Shown here: one piece after another, positions 50,401-62,379 of the stretch
Position numbering within the stretch: position 1 is the first letter of the stretch
Layout of the letters: each line of letters opens with the position of its first letter
From: Styela clava
Lineage: Eukaryota
DNA: 64,000 nucleotides
Direction of reading: 5' to 3'
Assembly (NCBI RefSeq): GCF_964204865.1
Contig: NC_135255.1
Span: 3,162,001-3,226,000, forward strand
Program-made: the position numbers and the translations under genes
The notes under the pieces: generated by a model
Told to the model about the DNA's origin: nothing
What the model saw: the letters and a program-made list of their open reading frames with translations, nothing else
Databases searched by the model: none

Positions 50401-53400
50401 CTTTCAGTACAGCCGATATCCCGCAAGCCGTGCGATCAACGATTGGTACAAAGCTGTGAAATCTCTCGGTAGGTTTACCATCTTTCACAAACCGAAAAAT
50501 CACAGCCAGTTGGGAAACGCACGTGATGTCAGTTGTCTCGTCAGACTGAATCGAAAGGAACTGGCAATTCTCAATTTCCAGAGCCAAATGTTGTAAATAA
50601 ATTTTATTCATTGAGTCGAGCAAATCATTTTGGATATCCTTAGATGTCCCTTTGGCATCAAGATGATCTCTCAATACTGTATCTAGGGATGCGGTGTATT
50701 CCACCATATCCAAAAATACCCCTCTATTAGAAGAGCCAGCCCGTTCATCGTGCCCACGGAGGGACAGCTCGTGACAACCAATGAACTTCAAAACATCTAT
50801 CAATCGACCGAGAACATGGCGGTTTTTCTCGACGTTTTAGTTGTGCCGACGAATAGAAACCGCGCGTCCTTCATCCAACTGTGCTGCAATATTAACATTT
50901 CCGAATGTTCGGTATTTTACTGCATTGTCCAGATGCTCCATAGAAGATTGATGATCCCTGGCACGCTCGGAAAGATGTTTAAGATCTCTGAAACCAAATT
51001 TACACCAACGTGAGTCACGGGCGGTAGCAAAAAGTAGGCAATAAAAACAAAAAAGTGCATTTTTGTCCTCGCTGTAACACAACCATTCGTGTTTTTTATA
51101 CCATGTTTCTGCGCAGAATGTACGCCGACGCTTTCCTCCGTCATGGGATTGTTCCAGTGAACAATTTTTTGGTTGATAAGGCCCAAGACGTTGTACCTCT
51201 AATTTTTGTTCCAGCGGCAGCTGCGAAAACGGAGTGCGAAGTAGTGCATCAACCTTATTCATTATGAGGTCTAAGGCTAAGAAATGCGAAGCCGGAAAGA
51301 AGTGAGGAGCTCAAAAGGAATGTGGAAAATCGAAAGCAAATGGACTAAAGGTCTCTAACTGATTCAAATAGCGAAACAAGCGACAAAAACGAAGGCTATG
51401 AAGCTATCAACTCTTCAAGCAACCAACGAACGAGAAGGAATGCGTGAATATGTCAACACGTTGTCGTAAGAAACGTCGGCATTGTGTCGTCATAATTTCG
51501 GGGCTAGCCCCGATGATTTAGTAAAAGAAACAGAAAACAAACGAGACAAACGCGGCGAGTGGAAGATAAAAGAGAGAATACGATATACAATGAGCAACCG
51601 GGGCAAAATCGGCGTCGCCCCGTCGACGTTCGGCGAAGACTTTGCGAGCGAAAAATGAACCATGTCGGGAGAATATGGCTAGTGTAGACAGTCTGTGCAA
51701 CCGATATTGAGGTATTTTTCGAATATTTTTTATTATACCGAATAAACAACCGGGGCTTTGCCCCGGTTGGCACTATTGACGCGCCGCCACTGCCTACGCA
51801 CCTGCTGTTGTTCGGTACTTCTTAGGTGTTATCGACTCAAATGTAAAATACGCTGCTGATGTTGAAGATGTGCTGTTAAAGTATTTTGTTGCTTTATCAG
51901 TTTTCGTGATGTAATCGGTATGACTCCCATTATCGGTTGTGTTTGCTAACAAACCAGTGATGTCATCGTCAGTTGCTAAGGTGTAATCGATAAAGTTATC
52001 AGTATTGGATAGAGCAGAAGTTGATGCGTCGCTTGCTTCTGTTGACAAAAACTGTGATGTCGTGAACACATTTGTGACGTCATCAGTTGTGTCCACTAAT
52101 TTTGTAATGTCGGGCGAGTGCAACTCGTTGTAGTATCGAAAATAGGACGAAATGGTAACAGAATCATCCTGGTTTTCCAACAATACCGATTCCAACTTTT
52201 GCGCCAGTTTTTCTCGTAGTTCTGCAATCAAAATCATTGAGTCTTGAGGGAATGGTTAGGCTATTGATCTAACACGCCCTCGCATTGATTACGAGTTATA
52301 ATGAAATTTTCGAATGCTTAAAAGTTGGTATTTTTCCTTAAAAAATAATTAGTAGATAAAGATAAAATTGAAGTAAAATATCTCATGTTTATGCAATCTT
52401 GTGCTGCTTGCTCTCTTGATGTTACATATTGCTAGGAATATTGCCTCAGGTCAAAGTTAGTTGAATTCAGTTTATTCTTTGTTATTTAATTAAGTTTATT
52501 TCAGTCCAGTTCGTAATAAACTCATTCTCACCTTCCTCGTTTGATGCCTGTTATATAAAAGTAAAATAAGCATTAGTGTATGAAGAGCTAAAGATAGAAA
52601 AATCACGCGATAGTAACCTGCCTCACCGTGAAACTGTCTTTACCGCATGATGAACTGTCTGACCCTTTTCCTAATTGAACGTTCACAGAAATATCAACTG
52701 CAATAAATATTTACAATTTTGCTTTAGTTCGGTGAAAATTTTTTTAATGGGTTTGCCTAAGCATGTGTGCATCATGAGTCATGGAAATACGATTTGAACT
52801 CTAATCAATCTAACAATCGATTCATAGACATGTTTTAATAAATCTGTGACAGACTGAGCCGAAGCAGAAACATTCCGGTATTCTGAACCCTATGATGAGG
52901 AACAATAAGAAAACCATCACCAAATCAACAAACACAACCCAGGAATTGCAACTAAATATACTAATTATACTTCAATATTCTGTTTTCATCATATATAGAA
53001 ATGTGACAAATTGGTCGGAACCCAAATAAATATTTATATATACGTCTTCGAATCATGCCCAAAAGGTATTGTTCAATCGTTCTACTGATGAGTTTAACTA
53101 GGATATGACTACATGCTTGGCTCGCATGACAAGAAGGCCTCCGCATTTCGAATCGCTGCCATCTTGTTTTTATTTGGCCGCCATAGATCGGAGTGAATTC
53201 CTGATTTTTTTTTATTTTCAAGCCATATTTTGAAATACATCTCTTTTCTTTCCAGTGATTCATGGATATATATTTGAAGTATATTTCTTATTGTGTGTGA
53301 ACACCAGCTAACCGTCTGAATTGATTGATCATTCAGATCATTCATTGTTTTTTTGTAAACTAATTTATGTGTCTGGAGGACCCATTACAATAAAAAAAAT

Positions 53401-53770
53401 AGACACATACAATTAGCCTAACATATCTTCCAGGTATTCGAGATTCGATCCGGCAAAATATTCGAAAATGACAACATGCTTTGCTAAGAATCATGGTAGT
53501 GAATCCGCCGTGTTTCAATCTATGAATCAGACTTGAAAACTGGAATAACTTATTCAACCTAAAATCTGTGATTATTTACTGATTCAATTGATTTGTTCGT
53601 AAGAGCTCAATAGAACAACTATTCTAGAAGAGTTTGGTTTGTATTTCCAGATTTCAATCTTCCAAAACGTTAACTCCTGAATGATGGTATTCATATGAGC
53701 ACAAAACTTCAATATTACCTGTTACCGCACTCTTCATGCCGATAATGAGAATAAATAGTGCAGAAAACAT
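47443..53770 (-). CDS. Secreted protein with a Thr/Ser-rich mucin-like stalk and a divergent C-type lectin-like domain, about 354 aa. Exons 53770-53719, 52670-52627, 52547-52532, 52221-51802, 49007-48891, 48686-48466, 47637-47443
   Basis: All seven GT-AG exons join in phase: MFSALFILIIGMKSAVTG signal; T/S/D-rich middle; NCDVSFDQNCF..VTFTNAESICSNMGWNLSNVY..VWTGM..VWYPDYP..QGMFNASPNNKYHGALCE, a CTLD-type pattern. Confidence 0.8.
49139..51792 (-). mobile_element. hAT DNA transposon, 2654 bp, inserted in intron 4 of the lectin gene
   Basis: Perfect 14-bp TIRs CAGTGGCGGCGCGT (49139) / ACGCGCCGCCACTG (ends 51792); perfect 8-bp TSD CCTACGCA at 49131-49138 and 51793-51800; internal transposase remnants. 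Confidence 0.95.
49553..51262 (-). pseudogene. Disrupted hAT transposase (ZMYM1-like: TTF zinc finger, DUF4371-type core, hATC dimerisation domain)
   Basis: WLCYS..LFCFYCLLF..H..SMEH; LSLRGHDE, SKDIQNDL, DETTD, QTYDDAAVMSG, HCYAH, PTRWN, TPISSADAERTFSTLKRIKTYLRNTMKQDRLNSLA. In-frame stop at 50837-50839, frameshifts near 50305 and 49860, and an apparent internal deletion near 49940. Confidence 0.9.
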
Positions 53771-54171
53771 ACTTAACAAATTACACAACGGTGCCACAGA
53801 TTGCCGTACCCACCATCAGAATGAAATCTACCGGTGGTATACAGCGGTTGATAAACGCAATGTAATGTTGTTTAAATAAAATGGCATCTCAGAACAACTT
53901 TGAGTCACAAACAAACACGAAATAGATTTCAGTTCAGCGCACGCCCGTCGGGTATTTTATGAAATTATGAAAAATCGTTTTGATTAATAGGTTATAGACT
54001 GAATCCTCTCAATAATTTTTGAGTCTCATTAGTAATCAGTTTCAAACTAATTTCACAAATGGGGCGCTGTTAACGTTAATGCTGTCAACTGAAACGTAGA
54101 GAGTGCATTGTTTTTCTACAGCAGAATGCAAGGTTTTACATGCAATATCGTTTAACATGCCGTAGAATTGT

Positions 54172-54395
54172 CAAGCCGGAATCGAATTTGAACAAGGGGG
54201 TGAGGGTTCGGACCCCCCCCCCCTTTTTGAAATGTGAAAATAGGCATTTTATGTATCATGTATAGCAATTTTTCGTAGTTTGAAACGCTTTTAGACTCCC
54301 GATACTCACGTTTTCCTTCCGGACCCGCTAGCTGATATAGTCAGTTCAGACCACCACCCCCCAACCCTCCTTCAAAATTCCTGTTTACGACCCTG
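54172..54395. mobile_element. Small GC-rich-ended MITE upstream of the lectin gene
   Basis: GGGGGTGAGGGTTCGGACCCCCCC near the left end and CCCTCCTTCAAAATTCCTGTTTACGACCCTG at the right end, typical of short hAT-type MITEs; left TIR degenerate. Confidence 0.45.
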
Positions 54396-55463
54396 GATTT
54401 TAAAATCAATTTGATTAATTTAAATCATTTCAATCATGTTGAATTTTGAGCCGTATATTTGAGTGAACTCCCGTTGAGGAGGAGTTATCCAATTCAACAA
54501 AACATCTTTTCATTGCTCTCAACACTATACTATCATAATAGAAGATCATGCGTAATTTAACATGAACTACATCAGCGGATCTCAAACTTTTCAAAAGATT
54601 TTGTATAACGTTCCATTTCCAATTTTTCTGATGACTCGCGGTCCACTGAATAATTGAAATCAAAGACAGTGTCTTTTTTCAAATAAATTTTTTCCCAAAA
54701 ATAACACTTAGGCTTGTTTTGGGGGATGTCTTTTTTCATTTATCAAAAACAAAATTAGAAAGTAGAGAATTACGAAAGTCTTAAATGTGCAAAATATGAA
54801 AACCGATATATATCCATTTACTTATAAATAACACTTTTTTATTGGTAATAACTGCTAAACATAGATTATTAAACGAGTAGAAATCTACTAGGAAAAAAAA
54901 ATGCGCCATCGGCTAGGTGTTAACAGTTATTTGCATATAGATGTTGTTTACCGCAGAACTGTAATAAAAAAGCAAAAAGATGAGCATAAATATAGCAGCT
55001 GTGCAAGCGTACAAATAAAATAAGTTAATTTGACTGCAAATGCGAGTAAGTAGCCTACTCGAGCGAGTACCTACGTCACATGTTAAAATTTATCGGAGAA
55101 GTTGTAATGCTTCTTCTTTAGCATACTTTCGTTATTCACGGCAAAAATAACAAAAAGATGAGAGCGTAATTCACTGTGGAATGGTACCGGTGCCTTAACT
55201 CACCAGTACCATACCGTACTGATCGAACGTGGAATGGTTCTTTTTTGGCATATACAAACCCAATTTATTTACTGTTATCAAAATAAAATAATACGTTATT
55301 ATACAAAACTTGAATTTGTGCAATATTAAGTCACCGTACTGTGTTAGGGTACCGGAATTGACCTATCTTCACCAGATACTGTCTTAAGCCAGCTTCAATT
55401 GAAATTGCAAGATGATCCGACTTGCAACTGCAGTAACACCAGCGATCCGAAACACTACAATAT

Positions 55464-55716
55464 TACAAGAGAGCTATGCTCAAATATATGGACACGTAGC
55501 GCCACCTAATGGCAATAATTTTGATGACGACATAGCAACAACAAAAAAAGTAATAGCCTTCTGAAGAAAATTTTTATCTTTAACCACTGAAAAATTCAAA
55601 GCAATTGGTCCAGTAATCAAAGAGAATAGCGACTTTTCAAAAACGTGTCAAAGAACACTAACAACAACAACAACATAATATTGAAACGATCGCTATTTCC
55701 ACTACGTGTCCAATAA
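55464..55716 (+). mobile_element. Helentron-like (HINE) non-autonomous element, copy 1
   Basis: Starts ACAAGAGAGCTA, has a subterminal inverted repeat TGGACACGTAG / CTACGTGTCCA and an AAC microsatellite. The core TATCTTTAACCACTGAAAA.TTCAAAGCAATTGGT.CAGTAATCAAAGAG recurs at about 56870-57022. Confidence 0.6.
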
Positions 55717-55755
55717 CACCAGGTACGGATACCGCCAACAACTAACATACCGCGC

Positions 55756-56711
55756 CAGGGTTGCCAGACCCCAGCGATCAAAAAAAGCCAAATCGAGACA
55801 TAAAAAAAGCCAGAAAAAGCCAACAATTTTACTAAGTACAAAAGCCCCATGATTTGTCAGATTTTAAGCCCTTGGCAACGTACTGATGATGATATAGAGC
55901 CATTAGTTCATTCAGTGAGGCACACGAATAGAAAGTAAAGTTCCTATACAACTGTAGAAAGTAAAATAAATATCGAGCGGACAGCAATATTTTACCATTC
56001 AATATATATATACAATACAGGGTGCCGCTTCAGTCTGTCAGTATGTAATATACCTACATGTTTCTACTTAAACTTGTGATATACCTTGAAAAATTCTCCC
56101 TATATCGTACTCTACTATTGAAAATTTTTCCTCTTTCAAAATTTATAAACCATCAATTTTATTAAAAAATTATCTAACCCCCTGCCGCTCATAGGTGGAC
56201 CACTGATATCTTATTCAGTAATTTTAGCGTAGTTAATCACATCGTTACTGCAATTGCAGAATTAAACTAAAGCTCACATAAATCATATCAGGCATAATGA
56301 AAATTAGGTTATACAACTATTTTTTGGAAACAGAACGTAAAACTGACAAATAACACGCAAAACTATAAAAACGAGGCAATGTTTACAACCCTGCTTGAAC
56401 ATCTGTCTGAGCAGCTGCAGAAACTGCAATTATCTAATATTCGGTATGGTTAAGAGTCAATGTAACAAACAAGGAAATCGATGTTCCAGGAAATCCTAAT
56501 GTTAAGTAGCTAAGTACAGGTAATAGGCTATTGTTCAGTTGTTACACACTAAATATTGTATTTCATATGATTCTAATAATAGACACTAGAATAGACTTGA
56601 AAAAAGCCAAGAAAACGCCAAAAAGCCAAACGGAAATTCTGACGCCAAACGCGTTTGAAAAAAGCCAAAAATGGCAAATTTGGCGTTAAAAAAGCCAATA
56701 TGGCAACCCTG
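55756..56711. mobile_element. Non-autonomous hAT element (MITE), 956 bp
   Basis: 11-bp TIRs CAGGGTTGCCA / TGGCAACCCTG, perfect 8-bp TSD TACCGCGC (55748-55755 and 56712-56719), and multiple subterminal AAAAGCCA repeats at both ends. Confidence 0.93.
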
Positions 56712-56869
56712 TACCGCGCAGATCACAACAACTCTTCGTCTTAGCAGCAAGAATCACGTTTGCTTCTTCGCCGCAATCGCCACAAGATGCCGCTATTTTT
56801 CATTCTGATTACCAATTCGCACACAAAAAACGAATCTCTTGAAGTCCGTAGAAAATTTTGAAATAAATT

Positions 56870-57022
56870 AAGATAATAGCCTCCTGGAGAAAAATTCTAT
56901 CTTTAACCACTGAAAATTTCAAAGCAATTGGTTCAGTAATCAAAGAGAAAAGCAATTTCTTCAAAACAACAAGATAAGCGCAACATAAAACAAAACGATC
57001 GCTATGTCCATTTCGTGTCCAA
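56870..57022 (+). repeat. Helentron-like (HINE) element, copy 2 (3' core)
   Basis: Direct repeat of about 55550-55712, including AATAGCC..TATCTTTAACCACTG..AAACGATCGCTAT.TCCA..CGTGTCCAA. Confidence 0.7.
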
Positions 57023-57924
57023 AAATGAAATGTAAGATTTTGGGGGTTATCAAATTAATGTCGAATTTTGACAGACAAAATTTTCTTGATGATCCATAAT
57101 AAGTTGAAATTTTTTTTCAATTCAAATACATGTGAAATGTTTAATTAATGTTGCATTTTTTTATAGGATATTATTAGTTGGGTTTTTGCTAGATTCTGTT
57201 GTTAGACAGGAAATAGGAAAATCTTATTGGCATGATAGATATTCATATTTTCTGTCTAATCTTTAAAAATTTTGTTTTTCCATGCTAATATAAAATATAT
57301 CTAATTATTTTCACCGTGATGAATTTGAGACAACTGAATTGTAACTACGATGAATTGCTGATATGGAATATGTGAAATATGATGTAATCTTTGTATGGGT
57401 ATTGTATACCTATTTTTCTCCACCGAAACGGAATTCAAATAATACATTTGTATTCCGAACTCGATATTCCACTTGACAAAAAAAATATATATATTTAAAA
57501 TATAACGATTGGCTTCTAAATTCTCGATACAACAATTCTGTTTTGACATGGATCTTTCCCCGACCTTTGACCCCCGGAAAATTTTTCTTATACTTTACCA
57601 TTGCAAAATTTCCGGGGCTATTTTAAGAGTGCTTTTGCGAGTTGGCGCCTGTCAACTGGGGTATATGTTTCAAACCATCATTATGATTCATCGCATACAA
57701 CAATCTGTGAGAAAAGTGTCTGAGCGGATGCGGAAATGGGGTATTGTTACGTCACTTTTTACATCTTGCTGATTAGCCAATGTCACGAGGTAAACAAGGA
57801 AGTCGATGCTCGGGGAAAGGTCCATTGGAATTTATTTGGCAAAAAAAATACCAGGATCGCAATCGCAACACTACTCTGCGACGATGCAACGTGTAGTCGC
57901 TCCGTTTGCGAGACGGGGGTCTGA

Positions 57925-58148
57925 GATAGGATAGGATTTACATATTTATCCCGGGGGAGAGGAAAGCCGATAAGACGGCTTATCCATATGGCGAAACACG
58001 GCCTCTCGTCCAGTTACCATTCCAAGTCGGGTATGAGATTAGTTATATTGTTTGTTTTCAGAAGCATGGACTTGGACTTGCAGAGTGATTAGAGGTGCGG
58101 TGGCGAGCGTATTCCTAACGCTTAGCCCGTTGAGCCACACCGCTGCGC
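57925..58148 (-). mobile_element. tRNA-derived SINE, copy 2, just upstream of YJU2
   Basis: The reverse complement reads GCGGTGTGGCTCAACGGGCTAAGCG (A-box-like)..GACGAGAGGCCGTGTTTCGCCATATG..TCTCCCC with an (ATCCT)n tail; homologous to 7804-8035. Confidence 0.7.
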
Positions 58149-58373
58149 CATAATATAATTGGACTGTTTGATACTATAAAATTTGAAAGTCGTTGTATTG
58201 AGAACTTTTTGTTAAATTTGTTAAAAATATTTTTTGTCATTTTTGTGGGTCTGTGAGTCATTGTGTCAAGCATTTATTGAGTAAAATTTGTTTATTTTTT
58301 GCGTTATATTTTGAGCAAGTAGACTACGGTACAGTATATTCAGATATTGCTGGTAATATCGTCTTGATCCGCC

Positions 58374-59774
58374 ATGTCTGAGAGAAAAGTTCTCAACAAA
58401 TACTATCCCCCGGATTATGATCCTTCATTGATACCCAAGCTCAAGTTAGCTAAAGATAGACAATATGTAATACGTGTTATGGCACCTTTTCATATGCGGT
58501 GTAAGACTTGTGGAAATTACATTTACAAAGGAACAAAATTTAATTCAAGAAAAGAAACTGTCCAAGATGATGATTATCTTGGTTTGAGAATTTTTCGATT
58601 TTATATCAAATGCACAAAATGTGTTGCTGAAATAACATTCAAAACTGATCCTGAGAATACAGATTATGTCATTGAACATGGTGCCACTCGAAATTTTGAG
58701 GCAGAAAAACTTCTCCAAAAACAAGAGAAAGAAATCGAGAAACAAAGGGAAGAAGATGAAGGAAATCCAATGAAACTGCTTGAAATGAGAACAAGGGACT
58801 CAAAAAGAGAAATGGAGAGAATGGAAAATCTTGAAGAATTAAGAGATCTCAATCAACGACATGCTAAGGTAGGATTTTCAATATGATGTTCGATGACATT
58901 GAAGAATTTGTTACTTCATAAGATTGTGGTTATTCCATATTGTATATTATATTTGTATCTTGTAAATTTTATTTGACTCCCAGTTTTTAAATAAATAGCA
59001 TACAATGAGGTGTTTATAAAATTTCATGTTTGTCGAGGGCTAGAATGTTAAAAAACAAATTAAATATTTATAATAATTTAAAATTGATTTCTGGATTAAT
59101 TTAGAATGTCCCATTCGAAAAATTATTATTTTGAGCAATTTTAGTATCACAGATTTTGAAGTCACAAAGTAAAACTTTACATTACTATTTAGATTTGTCC
59201 ATCCCTGTGCAATGAGGAGAGTGAATATTTCTAATTTATATGAATTTCTTGGTGTATCTAGGTCAATTACGAAGGAATGCTACAGAGCTATCAAGAAACA
59301 GTGGAAGAAAAAAAAAAGAGAGAAGCAGAAGAAGATGAGGAAGAAATGAAGACTATTTTTGGGAGTAACAAAATAAGACGACTGAATGATAGTGATGATG
59401 AAGATGACAAATCTGATGTTAAGAATATTGTGAAAGAAGAAATTAATGCCCCTTCCGATTTATTATTGTCATCAGAAGAAACAAAAATTACTAATAAAAG
59501 CACAAAAAGTATTTCTTCTGTTCCTTCTAATAAGGATACTATAAAGAAAAAGGCCCAGCTTTTGGGTATTGTAGTAAAAAAGTCGATCGAAAAATTCCCA
59601 AAAATAGATAATTTTAATCATCAATCTGAGGATAAATCAGAATTAACCAAAACAATGTCAGTGATTAAAACTGAGAAAACTCTAAAAGATACTGTACTAG
59701 CCAAACCGGCTGGGCTTAGTTTGCTCGGAGCCTATGGAAGTGATGATAGTAACACATCCAGCGATGATGATTAG
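58374..59774 (+). CDS. YJU2: Splicing factor YJU2 (CCDC94), about 335 aa. Exons 58374-58868 and 59262-59774
   Basis: [76 protein letters not shown], and a C-terminal [11 protein letters not shown]; phase-0 GT-AG intron. Confidence 0.96.
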
Positions 59775-60565
59775 AATGTATTTTTTCAACTATGAATTCA
59801 ATCATACCTGCATATTCCTGCACAAATTTGTAAATAAGAATTATGCATCCAGGCTGACAATAAGTTTATACAAACATTGGGTCGTGATTCAAGTTAAATC
59901 CATTACTTTTTTACTATGAAACCATATGATACGCTTTAGCGTAGGTTAATGCAATGTTAATTGTAATTTATATCAGGGACTTCTAACGAGTTTTTTCACT
60001 CACATTTGTTTTTTATATTCTTCTCGACAAGAGTCAAGGTTGCTTAGGACTGGAAGTAGGACTGAGATGAAATTTATATTGACTTTTTTAGCATTAAGTC
60101 ATGATTTAAACCAGACTATGACCCTTTTTGCTTACTATCAAACATCCTATTTTTCTAAATGTGTGAAGGTTCATTTTTGTCCGCTAATGCAAAAGACCAC
60201 ATTTGTTGGTTTTTGACAATCGGCATTTTCATTTTGCTTGTTATAAATATGTGCTGCTTTGTAAATACAGATTTTTGAAATAGTGTTTTGTGCGTTGCCA
60301 CAAATACTACAAGTCAGTCCATTTGACATATTTGGTTGAACATAGATAACAATTCAAGGGTAATAGTCTATCACTTATTATTAGGATGTGCACCTTTCTT
60401 CTGAGTGTGATATTCAATCCAGGTCCTTTTATTTGTAGCTATCGAGATCAATATTTAAAAAATTCTCATTTTGCAGTCTGTAAGAAATAATTTATTGCCT
60501 ATAATAATAGTCAATATTGTTATTTTTCAGGATTGTAATTTCTGGGTTCTCTATTTAAAGAGAAG

Positions 60566-61465
60566 ATGTCAGATAACGAGGATATCGATGATCCACAGGA
60601 GGCATTGTCTGCCAGGCATAAATTGGAGAAAAAAGAATTGCAAGGGAAAATTCAATCCTTGAAAAAGGGAGTTCCGAAAGGAGATAAGAAGAAAAACAAA
60701 GAGATGAAAGCACAAATTGCAATTCTTGAAAGTGAACTTTATGAGAAACATGATAAAGAAATTGCTGAATTGACAGAAAAATTGGAGCTAATGAATAGTG
60801 AGGATATGACCGATACTTCAAAGGCTACTAATGAAAATGATGAACCTGGCAGATCAGAACCTTCTCAACAAAGAGTTAGTAAAGCGCAAAAGAAGAGAGA
60901 AAAAAAAGCTTTGAAAGTGAAAGAACAAGCTGAAATTGCTGCACAAGCTGAAAAGGACTATGTTAACACACAAAGATATGCAGAAGAGGAAAAAATCAAG
61001 ACCATATTAACAAAAATGAGTCTAAAAGTGAAGCCCATGATACCTGATGGTAATTGTCTATATTATGCAGTTGTAGATCAGCTGAAGATGAATTTGATGA
61101 TGTTACATTCACCGAAAGAATTAAGAACATTGACATCAACATTTATGCTTTCTCATGAAGACGATTTTTCCCCTTTTCTAACTAGTTCTGATACAGGCGA
61201 TTGTTATTCTCCTGAGGAATTCAAACAGTATTGCAAAGATGTTGCAGAGACTACAGCTTGGGGTGGTCAATTGGAACTGCGAGCTTTGTCCCATATCTTA
61301 CAGACTTCAATTCATGTGATACAAGCAGACATGCCCACTGTAAAAATTGGTGAGGAATATAAAGGAAATCCACTAATACTAACATATCATAGACATGAGC
61401 TGGGGCTGGGCGAGCACTATAATTCAGTTCAACCATCAAAACCTGATTCAAATGGACTATCATAG
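60566..61465 (+). CDS. OTUD6B: OTU-domain deubiquitinase OTUD6B-like, 299 aa, intronless CDS
   Basis: N-terminal RHKLEKKELQGKIQSLKK coiled coil; OTU motifs PDGNCLY, TAWGGQLELRALSH, LTYHRHELGLGEHYNSV. Confidence 0.95.
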   Translation: MSDNEDIDDPQEALSARHKLEKKELQGKIQSLKKGVPKGDKKKNKEMKAQIAILESELYEKHDKEIAELTEKLELMNSEDMTDTSKATNENDEPGRSEPSQQRVSKAQKKREKKALKVKEQAEIAAQAEKDYVNTQRYAEEEKIKTILTKMSLKVKPMIPDGNCLYYAVVDQLKMNLMMLHSPKELRTLTSTFMLSHEDDFSPFLTSSDTGDCYSPEEFKQYCKDVAETTAWGGQLELRALSHILQTSIHVIQADMPTVKIGEEYKGNPLILTYHRHELGLGEHYNSVQPSKPDSNGLS

Positions 61466-61563
61466 CATATTGTTGTTAATTTTTTGTGCATGACGGTTTA
61501 TAGCCAGATACAAAGTCTCACACATGTCTATTCAACGGACGAATTGGAATATGTTTTATAATG

Positions 61564-61906
61564 CAGTTTTCTTCAAACTTTTTTATCACGATCCAATTGG
61601 CATGGCAAAATTTCTTCACGACCCTCAGTAACTATAATAAAAAAAATGTAAAATTTAATGATACCGAAAATATTAAAATAAAGTACCGGTAATAAAATTT
61701 ATAATGCCTTTAATGAGATCGATGTGCTTGCATATTCTCGCACAAAAAGTCGAATCTTGCTTGGGTCTCAATACTGGTTCCAAATTTGATCGATATTTCG
61801 TTTTAATGTAAGTTGTCAGTACTTGATAATAATGAAAAATACCGCTACTTCCATTGAGCCCTTCCGTAACCCATCGGGGGTCGGGACCCTCAATTTGAAG
61901 AGCCCT
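61564..61906. mobile_element. hAT-like MITE between OTUD6B and PIGQ
   Basis: Left CAGTTTTCTTCAAACT and right GGGGTCGGGACCCTCAATTTGAAGAGCCCT form a degenerate TIR pair. Confidence 0.5.
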
Positions 61907-62379
61907 TATATATTTCATTATAGATCCTTATCATGAGTAGTGAAATTTTAAATGAGATTGTGCGTAACAAGCATTATTGCTTTCTGATTCAATTTAAACT
62001 TCAGTCAGTAATTGAGTTTACTGATACTGATGTGGATCTAGTCTATAATTGCAGAGTACTTTTATTTTGAAGTTATATATTGCTGCTTTCATCAGCAATC
62101 ATGTTGCTTAAATAGATACTGATAAGATTGTATACATCCAGATAGTATGATTCTAAAATCCAATTGTGAGATTTAATATAAGTTAATGGAGATTTTGAAA
62201 TTTTTTTCAATTCATCCACAACATTTGAATTGAATAAAGAATTTTTAAACATTAATAAAGCTTTTGATTCACTAAATCAGTGTCGTAATGGCATAATCAT
62301 GTTTTTTTTGTTGTTTTTACTGAATGGGCATGAACAGTAGTGCGTGAAACTTTATCTAGATGCAAGAATCTGAGTTCAA

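Noticed and set aside
49656-51267. Plus-strand ORFs inside the transposon
   Set aside because: Antisense shadows of the GC-richer transposase.
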